Shown here piece after piece: positions 27,609-39,700 of a stretch of DNA of 64,000 nucleotides; the first letter of the stretch is position 1, and each line of letters starts with the position of its first letter. The position numbers and the translations under genes are program-made. This stretch comes from Dendrobates tinctorius (lineage: Eukaryota), in the NCBI RefSeq assembly GCF_039654945.1, contig NW_027361669.1:20894001-20958000 (forward strand), read 5' to 3'. The notes under the pieces were generated by a model. That model saw nothing but the letters and a program-made list of their open reading frames with translations, was not told where the DNA came from and ran no database searches.

Positions 27609-27652
27609 TCCACATACAGCTGTTTCGGGGTATTGCCCCTCATCAGTGTGGA
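27609..27652 (-). ncRNA. Type I hammerhead ribozyme, array unit 1
   Basis: UCCACA CUGAUGA GGGG-CAAUA-CCCC GAAA CAGCU GUA^UGUGGA; perfect core, predicted cleavage at 27615/27614. Confidence 0.93.
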
Positions 27653-27960
27653 GTAGGAAACTGGCTGGTAGGAGCAATGCCTAGTAAAAAGACTATGAAG
27701 AGGAGGATGAATGAACTCATGGAGATCAACATCCGACACTGCGGAGACACCATCACGTGTTTCTCAACGCAGTGATTCTAGAGCACTGCCCCCATCCCTT
27801 ATGGGAAATATGCAAAACATGCAAAACAGAAGCCGCGGAGACACCATCACGTGTTTCTCAACGCAAGCAATGACCAGCCAGGTCTTTGTCCGGGAAGGAA
27901 CAACCACGGGAAGGGCAGTCTCCAATGAAGGAAACCACCTATGCCAAAACATGGTATCCA

Positions 27961-28004
27961 TCCACATACAGCTGTTTCGGGGTATTGCCCCTCATCAGTG
28001 TGGA
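27961..28004 (-). ncRNA. Type I hammerhead ribozyme, array unit 2
   Basis: Identical to unit 1. Confidence 0.93.
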
Positions 28005-28312
28005 GTAGGAAACTGGCTGGTAGGAGCAATGCCTAGTAAAAAGACTATGAAGAGGAGGATGAATGAACTCATGGAGATCAACATCCGACACTGCGGAGAC
28101 ACCATCACGTGTTTCTCAACGCAGTGATTCTAGAGCACTGCCCCCATCCCTTATGGGAAATATGCAAAACATGCAAAACAGAAGCCGCGGAGACACCATC
28201 ACGTGTTTCTCAACGCAAGCAATGACCAGCCAGGTCTTTGTCCGGGAAGGAACAACCACGGGAAGGGCAGTCTCCAATGAAGGAAACCACCTATGCCAAA
28301 ACATGATATCCA

Positions 28313-28356
28313 TCCACATACAGCTGTTTCGGGGTATTGCCCCTCATCAGTGTGGA
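28313..28356 (-). ncRNA. Type I hammerhead ribozyme, array unit 3
   Basis: Identical to unit 1. Confidence 0.93.
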
Positions 28357-28664
28357 GTAGGAAACTGGCTGGTAGGAGCAATGCCTAGTAAAAAGACTAT
28401 GAAGAGGAGGATGAATGAACTCATGGAGATCAACATCCGACACTGCGGAGACACCATCACGTGTTTCTCAACGCAGTGATTCTAGAGCACTGCCCCCATC
28501 CCTTATGGGAAATATGCAAAACATGCAAAACAGAAGCCGCGGAGACACCATCACGTGTTTCTCAACGCAAGCAATGACCAGCCAGGTCTTTGTCCGGGAA
28601 GGAACAACCACGGGAAGGGCAGTCTCCAATGAAGGAAACCACCTATGCCAAAACATGGTATCCA

Positions 28665-28708
28665 TCCACATACAGCTGTTTCGGGGTATTGCCCCTCATC
28701 AGTGTGGA
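28665..28708 (-). ncRNA. Type I hammerhead ribozyme, array unit 4
   Basis: Identical to unit 1. Confidence 0.93.
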
Positions 28709-29016
28709 GTAGGAAACTGGCTGGTAGGAGCAATGCCTAGTAAAAAGACTATGAAGAGGAGGATGAATGAACTCATGGAGATCAACATCCGACACTGCGG
28801 AGACACCATCACGTGTTTCTCAACGCAGTGATTCTAGAGCACTGCCCCCATCCCTTATGGGAAATATGCAAAACATGCAAAACAGAAGCCGCGGAGACAC
28901 CATCACGTGTTTCTCAACGCAAGCAATGACCAGCCAGGTCTTTGTCCGGGAAGGAACAACCACGGGAAGGGCAGTCTCCAATGAAGGAAACCACCTATGC
29001 CAAAACATGGTATCCA

Positions 29017-29060
29017 TCCACATACAGCTGTTTCGGGGTATTGCCCCTCATCAGTGTGGA
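29017..29060 (-). ncRNA. Type I hammerhead ribozyme, array unit 5
   Basis: Identical to unit 1. Confidence 0.93.
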
Positions 29061-29368
29061 GTAGGAAACTGGCTGGTAGGAGCAATGCCTAGTAAAAAGA
29101 CTATGAAGAGGAGGATGAATGAACTCATGGAGATCAACATCCGACACTGCGGAGACACCATCACGTGTTTCTCAACGCAGTGATTCTAGAGCACTGCCCC
29201 CATCCCTTATGGGAAATATGCAAAACATGCAAAACAGAAGCCGCGGAGACACCATCACGTGTTTCTCAACGCAAGCAATGACCAGCCAGGTCTTTGTCCG
29301 GGAAGGAACAACCACGGGAAGGGCAGTCTCCAATGAAGGAAACCACCTATGCCAAAACATGGTATCCA

Positions 29369-29412
29369 TCCACATACAGCTGTTTCGGGGTATTGCCCCT
29401 CATCAGTGTGGA
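29369..29412 (-). ncRNA. Type I hammerhead ribozyme, array unit 6
   Basis: Identical to unit 1. Confidence 0.93.
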
Positions 29413-29579
29413 GTAGGAAACTGGCTGGTAGGAGCAATGCCTAGTAAAAAGACTATGAAGAGGAGGATGAATGAACCCAAGGCCGGCGGTAGTGTCGGGT
29501 GTTAACATGCGAGACTCAGCCGTATTTCTTGCATGTCTGATCCCGGCCTAAAGTGTGACCCTGGCCTAACACAGATTTT

Positions 29580-29918
29580 TTCTATCAATAGATATATCTA
29601 TCTATCTATGCAGATATCTAACTATCGATAGATATATCTATCGATAGACAGATATATCTTTCAATAGATAGATCTATAGATAGATTGTTAGATTATATCT
29701 ATAGATAGTTAGATATGGGATAGATAGATAGATAGATAGATAGATATGGGATAGATAGATAGATAGATATGAGATAGATAGATTGATATGGTGGGATAGA
29801 TAGATAAATAGATAGATATGGGATAGATATATAGATCTATCTATAGATATAATCTAGCGATCTATCTATCTATCTGTCTATCTATCCCATAGCTATCTAT
29901 CTATCTATCTAAATATCT
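29580..29918. repeat. Degenerate (GATA)n/(TATC)n microsatellite
   Basis: Runs of gata and tatc. Confidence 0.9.
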
Positions 29919-30235
29919 GTGAGTGTAATGGAGTGTGGGTTGAACAAATGTAAAAGAGGAGATTGGACAGAAATGACATCACAAATTTTTTTTGTTAAAT
30001 AACATATCTTTATTTAGCTTACAAAAACGCATACAAATCCGCATGAAAAATCTCTTGAAAATCCGCATCAAAAGCGCATGAAAAACGAGCAGAATTTTAC
30101 CTGCGTTTTCTGCCAAGAGGTGCAGATTCTGTGCAGAAAATTCTGCATGCAAATCCGCAATGTGTGCACAGACCCTTAAGGTTCTATGGAAAACATGAGC
30201 AATTTTTCACACTGCTGAGCACAGACTGAGAAGTA

Positions 30236-31540
30236 GGCCGGAGTCACACTAGCGAGAAAATCGAACGGGTGCAATGCAATAAAAAATCGCATTGCACTCG
30301 TACCAATGTTAATCTGTGGGGCAGCTCCCATCATCTGAATTTTTCTCACCCATTTAAAACGGGCTGAAAAAAATCGCAGCATGCTGCGATTGTCACCGAT
30401 TCTCGGCCAAGACTCACCATTGCAAGTCTATGGGTGCGAGAAAAAATCGGATTACACACGAACCACAAGTGTGACTTGTGAGAAAATTGCAACCAGTGTC
30501 CTTTACCAAAAGCCGGCAATTCATTTTGCAATACAGTAAAATCACATTGTCACACTGACAGGTTTAATGAAGAAACGAAAGAATAGATATAGACACATAG
30601 GATACACATATATATATATTTTTTTTCATTCATACAGTTCTTCATAGTCGAATATCCGCTAAAATATTTGCCGACATAAAATGACACATGCTTTACATAC
30701 AGTAAACCATTTCATTTCATGTTTTTTTATATGTCTTTCACTAGTAATTAGATGACGGTTTCTGTGTAAAATTTGGGAGGTGTAGGTGTTAATTTAAGGG
30801 GTTAATTCGTTGTAAAATTTGCGTGGGCTCCCGCGGTAATTTGTCAACCAGAGAGGTAAAGCAGGTGAGTGAGGGCAGATTTTAATAGCCTTGAGAGGCA
30901 CCATTGTTTTTGCCCCCCCCCCCCGGCTACAAAAATCTGCCCCCAGACACCCCAGAAAAGGCGCATCTATAAGATGTGCCTTTTCTGGCACTTATCCTCT
31001 TTATTCCCATTGCCCTGTAGTGGTGGCGAATGGGTTAATAACAAAGGGTTTATGTCATCTTGCAATTGGAAGGTGTCATTAAGCCGATTAATAATGGAGA
31101 GGTGTCAGTAAGACACCGATCCATTATTAACCCTTGACTATGAAAGGGTTAAAAAACACACACAGACATGAATGAAAAATTCTTTTAATGAAATAGACAC
31201 CAAGTTTTTGACCAATTTTTATTACTCTGCTATTACAAAATTAAACCATGAACTGCAAAAAAATAACATAAAAAAGCAACAATATCCTTACCTCTCCGCC
31301 GTTCAGTCATGTCCCATGCTGTAATCCTTCACAAGGGGTTAAATAGTTTACAATGAGGACCGGTGCTAATGCGACAAGCCCCACCGTAAACTACTGCGGA
31401 ATGAATCAGTTCAGCTCTGCGCAGCCTCCCTGGCTGCCCGAAGATGAACTAATAAGCGTGGGAAAGTTTTTGACTTTTTTCCCATGCTCATCAATTCACC
31501 TCAAGTCAGCCGGGGAATCCCGCTTATGGTATTGCTGTAT
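30236..31540. mobile_element. Truncated Harbinger-type non-autonomous element
   Basis: Begins ggccggagtcacactagcgag (TIR resembles MITE A); internal blocks are inverted matches to 26450-27000; right end not found. Confidence 0.55.
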
Positions 31541-32329
31541 TACATTGTGGACCCTGGCAGACGTGCACCGGATATACATGATGGATCTGCTAATCCAGAG
31601 GTGGGTGAACTGGATACTGCCATGATTTTCTCCTATATGGTGGATGATGCAAAAAGGATTTTGTCTGGAGCCCAGACTGATATGTCGTTTTTAACCCCTT
31701 CACTACCAAGGGTGGTTTGCACGTTAACTACCGGGCCAATTTTTACAATTCTGACCACTGTACCTTTATGAGGTCATAACTCTGGAACGCTTCTATGGAT
31801 CCCGGTGATTCTGACATTGTTTTCTCGTGACATATTGTACTTCATGTTAGTGGTAAAATTGCATTCAAATAACTTGCGTTTATTTGTGAAAAAAACGGAA
31901 ATTTGGCGAAAATTTTGAAAATTTCGCAATTTTCCAACTTTGAATTTTTATGCCCTTAAATCACAGCGATACGGCACACAAAAAACTTAATACATAACAT
32001 TTCCCACATGTTTACTTTACATCAGCACAGTTTTGGAACCAAAATTTTTTTTTGTTAGGAAGTTATAAGGGTTAAAAATTGACCAGCGATTTCTCATTTT
32101 TGCAACACCATTTTATTTTTAGGGACCACTTCACATTTGAAGCCACTTTGAGGGGTCTATATGATAGAAAATACCCAAAAGTGACACCATTCTAAAAACT
32201 GCACCCCTTAAGGTGCTTAAAACCACATTCAAGAAGTTTATTAACCCTTTAGGTGCGTCACAGGAATTTTTTGAATATTAAAAAAAAAATGAACATTTAA
32301 CTTTTTTTCACAAAAAAAATACTTCAGGT

Positions 32330-34490
32330 TCAATTTTCTTTATTTTACCAAGGGTAACAGGAGAAATTGGACTGCAAGACTTATTGTGCAATTTGTCCTG
32401 AGTACGCTGATACCTGATATGTGGGGGGGAACCACTGTTTCGGCGCATGGCAGAGCTCAGAATGGAAGGAGCGCCGTTTGACTTTTTCAATGCAAAATTG
32501 GCTGGAATTCAGATCGGACGCCATGTCACGTTTGGCGAGCCCCTGATGTACCTAAACAGTGGAAACCCCCCCAAGTGACCCCATTTTGGAAACTAGACCC
32601 CCCAAGGAACTTATCTAGATATGTGGTGAGAACTTTGAACCCACAAGGGCTTCACAGAAGTTTATAACGTACAGCGGTACAATTAAAAAATCATATTTTT
32701 TCCACAAAAATGATCTTTTCACCCCCAATTTTTATTTTTCCAAGGGTAACAGGACCCTAAAAGTTATTGTGCAATTTGTCCTGAGTATGCTGATACCCCA
32801 TATGTGGGTGTAAATGACTATTTGGGCGCACAGCAGAGCTCGGAAGGGAAGCAGCGCCATTTGACGTTTTTGGCTAGAATTGAGATCGGACACCATGTCG
32901 CGATTGGAAAACCCCTGATGTACCAAAACAGTGGAAACCCCCCACAAATGACACCATTTTGGAATCTAGACCCCCCAAGGAACTTATCTAGATGTGTGGT
33001 GAGAACTTTGAACCCCCAAGGGCTTCACAGAAGTTTATAACGTACAGCAGTACAATTAAAAAATCATATTTTTTCCACAAAAATGATCTTTTCACCCTCA
33101 ATTCTTATTTTTCCAAAAGTAACAGGACCCTAAAAGATATTGTGCAATTTATCCTGAGTACGCTGATACCCGACATGTGGGGGTAAACCACTATTTGGGC
33201 GTATGGCAGAGCTCGGAAGGGAAGCAGCGCCATTTGACGTTTTTGGCTGGAATTGAGATCGGACACCATGTCGCGTTAGGAAAGCCCCTGATGTACCAAA
33301 ACAGTAGAAACCCCCCACAAATGACACCATTTTGGAAACTAGACCCCCCAAGGAACTTATCTAGATGTGTGGTGAGCACTTTGAACCCCCCAGTGCTTCA
33401 CTGAAGTTTATAACGTCCGGGCGTGAAAATAAAAAAATCGTATTTTTTCCACAAACATGATCTTTTAGTCCCCATTTTTTAATTTTCCCAAGGGTAACAG
33501 GAGAAATTGGACCCCAAAAGTTGTTGTCCAATTTGTCCTGAGTACGCTGATACCTCATATGTGGGAGAAAACTACTGTATGGGCACACGTCGGGGCTCGG
33601 AAGGGAAGTAGTGACGTTTTGGAATGCAGACTTTGATGGAATGGTCTGCGGGTGTCATGTTGCGTTTGGAGAGCCCCTGATGTACCTAAATAGTGGAAAC
33701 CCCCCACAAGTGACCCCATTTTGGAAACTAGACCCCCTAATGAACTTATCTAGATGTGTGGTGAGCACTTTGAACCCCCCAGTGCTTCACAGAAGTTTAT
33801 AACGACCGGGCGTGAAAATAAAAATATCGTATTTTTTCAACAAACATCATCTTTTAGTCCCCATTTTTTTTATTTTCCCAAGGGTAACAGGAGAAATTGG
33901 ACCCCAAAAGTTGTTGTCCAATTTGTCCTGAGTACGCTGATACCTCATATGTGGGAGAAAACTACTGTATGGGCACACGTCGGGGCTCGGAAGGGAAGTA
34001 GTGACGTTTTGGAATGCAGACTTTGATGGATTGGTATGCGGGTGTCATATGCGTTTGGAGAGCCCCTAATGTACCTAAACTATTGAAACTCCCCACAAGT
34101 GACCCCATTTTGGAAACTAGACCCCCCACCGAGCTTATCTAGATGTGTGGAGAGCACTTTGAACCCCCAAGTGCTTCACAGAAGTTTATAACGCCTGGGC
34201 GTGAAAATAAAAAAAACATTTTTTTCCGCAAAATTATATTTTTGCCCCCAATTTTTTATTTTCCTAAGGGTAACAGGAGAAATTGGACCCCAAAAGTTGT
34301 TTTGTAATTTGTCCTGAGTAGGCTGATACCCTACATGTGGGGGTAAAACACTGTTTGGGCACATGGCAGAGCTTGGAAGGGAAGGAGCACCATTTGACTT
34401 TTTCAACGCAGAATTGGCTGGAATTGAGATCAGACGCCATGTTGCCTTTGGAGAGCACCTGATGTGCCCAAACAGTGGAAACCCCCAATT
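32330..34490 (+). repeat. Internal ~360-390-bp tandem repeat, ~6 copies
   Basis: Recurring ...ccccattttggaaactagacccccc..aacttatctagatgtgtggtgag.actttgaacccc... near 32580, 32950, 33325, 33715 and 34100. Confidence 0.9.
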
Positions 34491-34517
34491 ATAACTCCAA
34501 CCCGAACCTCAACACAC

Positions 34518-34624
34518 CCCTAACCCTAATCTGAGCCCTAGCCCTAACCCTAGCCCTAACCCTAGCCCTAACCCTAACCCTAGCCCTAACCCTAGCCCTA
34601 ACCCTAACCCTAGCCCTAACCCTA
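34518..34624 (+). repeat. Telomere-like (CCCTAA/CCCTAG)n tract inside the piggyBac-type element
   Basis: ~17 hexamers mixing CCCTAA and CCCTAG. Confidence 0.9.
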
Positions 34625-36753
34625 CCGGGAAAATGGAAATAAATACATTTTCTTTTAGTTTTATTATTTTTCCCTAACTAAGGGGGTGATAACGGGGGGT
34701 TTGATTTACGATTTATGGCGGTTTTTATGTTTGGCGGCTGTCGCACGCTAAAAGACACTTTTTATTGTAAAAATAGTTTTTGCATCACCACATATTGTGA
34801 GCTATAATTTTTCCGTATTTTGACCCACCGAGTCATGTGAGGTCTTATTTTTTGCGGGACGAGTTGACGTTTTTATTGGTACCATTTTCGGGCACGTGAC
34901 ATTTTTTGATCGCTTTTTATTCCGATTTTTGGGACGCAGAATGAACAAAAACCAGCGTTTCATGAATTTCTTTTGGGGGGGTGCGTTTACACCGTTCCGC
35001 GTGCGGTAAAATTGATAAAGCGGTTTTATTCTTCGGGTCAGTACGGTTACAGCGATACCTCATTTAGGTCGTTTTTTTATGTTTTGTCGGTTTTTTGCAA
35101 TGAAAACTATTTTATATAAAAAATAATTATTTTTGTATCGCTTTATTCTGCGAGCTATAACTTTTTTATTTTTTAGCGGATGATGCTGTATGGTGGATCG
35201 TTTTTTGCGGGACAAGATGACGTTTTCAGCGGTACCATGCATATTTATATGCGTCTTTTTGATCGCGCGTTATTGCACTTTTTGTTCGGTGGTATGATAA
35301 TAAATCATTATTTTTTGCTTCGTTTTCTATTTTTATTTTTTAAGGGGTTCGCTAAAGGGGTTAACTAATGGGACAGTTTTATAGGGCAGGTCATTACGGA
35401 CGCGGCGATACCAAATATGTGTACTTTTATTGTTTTTGTTTTTTTTTATTTTGAAAAAATGGATTTATTGGGGAATATTTTTTTTTTTTTTACTGATTTA
35501 TTTAGCGATTTTTTTTTAATTATTTTTAACACTTTTTTTTTTTTTTTTTTTTTACTTTATTACCTTGTCCCAGGTGGGACATCACTGTCCTGTGACAGAT
35601 CGCTGATCTGTCACATCACAGATCACTGTGACAGATCAGCGATCTGTCACAGGCACTGCTGCAGACTTCCTCATGCCTGCGCTTTGCAGGCAGTGAGGAA
35701 GTCAGCTCCCTGCAGGCCCCCGTCACCATCTTGGATCCGGGGGCCTGTAGGGAAAGAGCCCTCCGCAGCAGCGCTGCACATTGCGCTGCCGTGGGGGGCT
35801 CAGGGAAGCACGGTGGGAGCCCCCTCCCTGCCGATGCTTCCCTTTAACCCCCGGTACACCGCGATCGCGTTTGATCGCAGTGTGCAAGGGGTTAACGTGT
35901 CGGAGGCGGTCCGTGACCGCCCCTGACACATTGTGCCGGGTGTCAGCTATGATAATTAGCTGACACTCGGCCGCGATCAGCGGCGCTCACCACGTGGGTG
36001 CCGCTGATCGCGATGACGTAATATTCCGTCCATGGTAATTAGGTCCATGGACACATGGACGGAATATTACGTCAATTGTAGGTAAGGGGTTAAATAAACC
36101 TACAGTTGATATGCTCAAGAAGAAATATGAGACGGAAAAAAGGACAATTCACAATTTTGCAACAGATTTGAATCTATTACAAATAAGTTTGCATTTGATT
36201 TAATGCTTCTGAGTGTTGAGTTTCTCCATTTAGAGATTGATTCGGTGAAGAAATCTATTCCTGATTTGGAACAACAGCTGACAGCTCAAATGACAGCACA
36301 GAAGGTTGATTCATTTAAGATTCAGTTGGAAGAAAAATTGGTGAAATATCGTGGTGATATAGAGAGAGAACAAAAAGAACAAAGTGGTTTCATGATGCTG
36401 ATGATTATAAATCAGGTAGCATTTTTTCATGGCAGACCGGTGTACAAAATACCCCTTATGTGAGGAGGGATCGGTTTATGCAAACACGGAGGAAGAAGAA
36501 AACAATGCCAAGGGAACAAAGATTTGGTTTTACTACAGCTGAGTCAGATTCTATGGATGACTCTACTATGGGTGCGGTTTCATCTTCTGTTTTTTTAGGA
36601 AAAGAAAAGGTGGACAATACAACAGGAAAAGGAGGACCCGTCGAGGTGGCAGAAAACACAGGAGAAAGAAGAATGAATCAACCACAGGGGCTGTCGCGCA
36701 ATGTTTCAATGCGGACCAGGAATATGGAGGTGAACAGGAGAGCCCAATAATAT

Positions 36754-39700
36754 ATGAGAATTTGGTGGTACATATCTCTTCTCATGAACTATCTGAAGTG
36801 GATTGTGTGGTATTATCTAAGGGACTATCTTTTCGCCCCACAAATTCCCGATTGGTTTGATATCGAGTGTGACTTGTTTTCTTTTTTTAGAAGGCTACGG
36901 TTGACTTCTTTCTTTTCTGATAAAAATGAATTACCACGTGAGTTGGATGATGATGGATCTACTGGTTTTACACTCCAGGGTGTGGGTCTGTACAGTAAGA
37001 GTAATTTTCAGCCTCCTGCTAGGAATAATTTTGTTGAATCATATATCCAGTTGGTGGAGAGGGATATTCTACAATTAAGAAGTGAATTTCGAAATTTGGG
37101 TACGGGGAACCTTACACATGTGGAAAAACAAGCGTTGAGTAGACTCTCTAACAACACTACCATCACAATCAAATCTGCCGATAAAGGCGGCGCGGTGGTA
37201 GTGATGGATACAGATAAATATAAAGCAGAGATTATGAGTCAATTATCTGATGTAGCGGTATATACTAAATTAACTAGTGATCCTACTTCTCGTTTTTCAA
37301 CTGAAATGCACCTTTTAATCGATGAGTCCCTTTCTAATGGACTCATTGATCAGAAGCTATCTGAATTTTTGTTGGTTGATGCTCCTCAGACACCAATATT
37401 GTATACGTTGCCAAAAATTCATAAGAATCTTGAAAATCCCCACGGACGCCCTATTGTGTCCGGGAGGGGTTCACTTTGTAACAAGGTCTCAATTTTCCTG
37501 GACAAGGTATTGCGTCGCTTTGCTATTTCGGCACGCTCTTATGTTTTTAATACAAATGATTTATTGGATAAGATTCATGATGTTAAGGTCACTCCCCATA
37601 TGGTGTTGGCGTCTTTTGACGTGGTTTCTCTATATACGTCCATAGAACACGATAGAGGTTTAGAGGCGTCGATGTGGTGCTATCGGGCTCTGACATGGCT
37701 CCTGAGTGTGCACAACTGGTCCTCGCACTGTTAGGTTTCATCCTCAGGAGGAATTTTTTCCTCTTTGGGGATGATTGCTACCTACAGTTGCGGGGTACCG
37801 CCATGGGGTCCAATGTGGCCCCCACTTATGCTAACATCTATATGGCGGTATTCGAGGACCAGCATGTGTACAGTTCCATCTATTGGAGCTATGTCAGGGC
37901 CTGGTGGCGCTACATCGACGATATTTTTTGTATTTGGGAAGGGAGTGTGGATGATCTCCTTGGTTTGCAAAATGAATTAAACAATGTGTTCCCTGAGCTA
38001 AAAGTTACATTGACCCATTCTTTGGACCAGGTCCAATTTTTGGACACACTGGTCTATAAGAAGGGGGAGTCTTTATGCACTGATCTCTTTGTTAAAGAGA
38101 CAGACAGAAATAGTCTTCTTGTGCATGATAGTAATCACCCAAGAAGGATGGTTGAGTCACTCCCATGGAGTCAGATACTGCAGGTATGAAGAATTGTTAA
38201 AGAAGAGGATAAGTTGGATAGGAGATTGGATCAAACGTGTACAAAATTTATCAATAGATGTTATCCAATTAATAGGGTTAAACAATATAAAAATAAGGCT
38301 TTGGATTTGCCAGTTGAGGATCTATGCCGTAAACGTGAAAAGGTATCTACTAGGCGTGTCCCTTGTGTTTCGACTTTCTGTCCGGTTAGTGGCAGGATTG
38401 GAGGAATTTTGAATAAGCATTGGAGTCTTTTACAGAAGGGTTTGCCACATGTAACTGAGTTTGTTGATAGACCCCTGCTGTCCTATAGATGAGGTGTCAT
38501 GATCCAAGGTGGATCTGACAGTTTAAATGCACAAAGTGAAATTTTTTCCTTTGGCTTGGTGCCAAAGTGGGTTGATTGCCCCCAGTGGCCATTAGAATTA
38601 TTACACGTGGTGTCGTTCATTCTAAGTTGCCCCGGTGGTGGTGAGTGGTAGTGCACTGTAGTTTCTTTGGCTTAATGTGCACTTAATTACAAATCAGGTG
38701 TTAGGCTCTATAAAAGGGAGCCAGGTGTGTTCAATCATGATTGGTGATATTGTGTTCGTCATTTGGGAAGCAGGCCTGGGAGATGAAGGAGCTGAACATG
38801 AGTTCTGCGCAGCCCAGCCAGAGGGGACGAGTGGCAGCTAGGTGGTCTGCAAGAAGGGCTGGCATGGCGTGGTGGAGTCACAGTTTATGGTGTCGGCAGG
38901 AAGTGCTTGCATGGCTTGGTGGAGTGACGACTATGGAGAGAGTTGCACTCAGCATGCGGGACTTGGTTGCTGAGAGCTGGACTCAAGCATGCTTGACTTT
39001 TTGGGCAGGAGCTGAACTAATCTTTGGGACTCTGTTACTGGACAGCTGCAACTGGTGGTGGACTCTGCTCCAAGGCTGCACTATGGTGAAGGATCCAGTT
39101 ATGGTGATGGATCCGGGTGGAGGAGAAGATGCACACAGGAGGTGGGCTCTGTTGCTAGGAGCGTGTGCGCAACAGAGCAAAGCTAAGTGGTGTTTCCCCT
39201 GTATTGTCATTTTCCCTCATGTGTGTTTAGTGCAGTGGTGTGATTAGTTTCCGCACCGACCAATTCCCTAGTGAGGGTTTAAGTTCAGGGCGAGCTAGGG
39301 TTTTTAGGTTCCTGTGCGTCGCTCTGTGCGGAACCGGCATAGGGAACGTTAGGAGTGCAGGGACACTGGCTCAGGGGAGTACAGGAGGTCTCCACTTCCC
39401 TATTCCCTATTGCAGGGCCCACCATTGTTAATGTTACCCAGGTTCCCCTTTATTATTTAAATTCGCCTTACTGGAGGCGGGGTTTCCAGACTACTGTAGG
39501 TATAACGTGTAATACCTAAATTCGCCAGTTGGAGGCAGCGTATCCAGCTGCACGTTTTATTATTTAAATTCGCCCCACTGGAGGCGCTGTATCCAGGGTC
39601 ACGTGTATCTTATGGGTTCGCCTTGTGGTACTCGCTGCGTCCAGACACACGTGACCGTGACACGAGGGTATAATTTAAAAGATAAATTGGTTAAATCTGA

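Larger units (their letters stand above)
27343..29475 (-). mobile_element. Retrozyme / satellite-2-like array: 6 x 352 bp + 21 bp, one hammerhead per unit, 9-bp TSD CCCAAGGCC
   Basis: Exact 352-bp period; one substitution noticed (28306); TSD at 27334-27342 and 29476-29484. Confidence 0.92.
27213..29548. mobile_element. Palindromic Harbinger MITE B nested in MITE A and interrupted by the ribozyme array
   Basis: TAA|ggctgggatcagacatg ... catgtctgatcccggcc|TAA; arms agtctcgcatgttaacacc / ggtgttaacatgcgagact. Confidence 0.85.
27033..29566. mobile_element. Palindromic Harbinger MITE A
   Basis: TAA|ggtgggtcacactt ... aagtgtgaccctggcc|TAA. Confidence 0.75.
25129..30175. mobile_element. Large non-autonomous Harbinger-type element hosting nested MITEs and the ribozyme array
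   Basis: Ends tgtgtgcacactttgcagaatt / aaatccgcaatgtgtgcacagaccc; internal blocks shared with 1-480, 10200-10500 and 30780-31200; left end degenerate. Confidence 0.6.
31695..36089. mobile_element. TTAA-specific piggyBac-type non-autonomous DNA transposon (4.4 kb)
   Basis: TTAA|ccccttcactac ... gtaggtaagggg|TTAA; removing it restores the Penelope frame; no transposase ORF. Confidence 0.85.

Noticed and set aside
27389-29275. CRISPR-like pattern of 31-nt hairpin repeats
   Set aside because: Spacers alternate between two invariant sequences (63 and 227 nt), there are no cas genes, and the context is eukaryotic
27359-29505. Repeated 138/67/60-aa ORFs in the 352-bp array
   Set aside because: By-products of the repeat; the unit length is not a multiple of 3, no recognisable domain, and the sequence is explained as structured RNA
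34518-34624. True telomere or chromosome-fusion scar
   Set aside because: Short, mixed hexamers in one orientation, internal to a TTAA-flanked transposon
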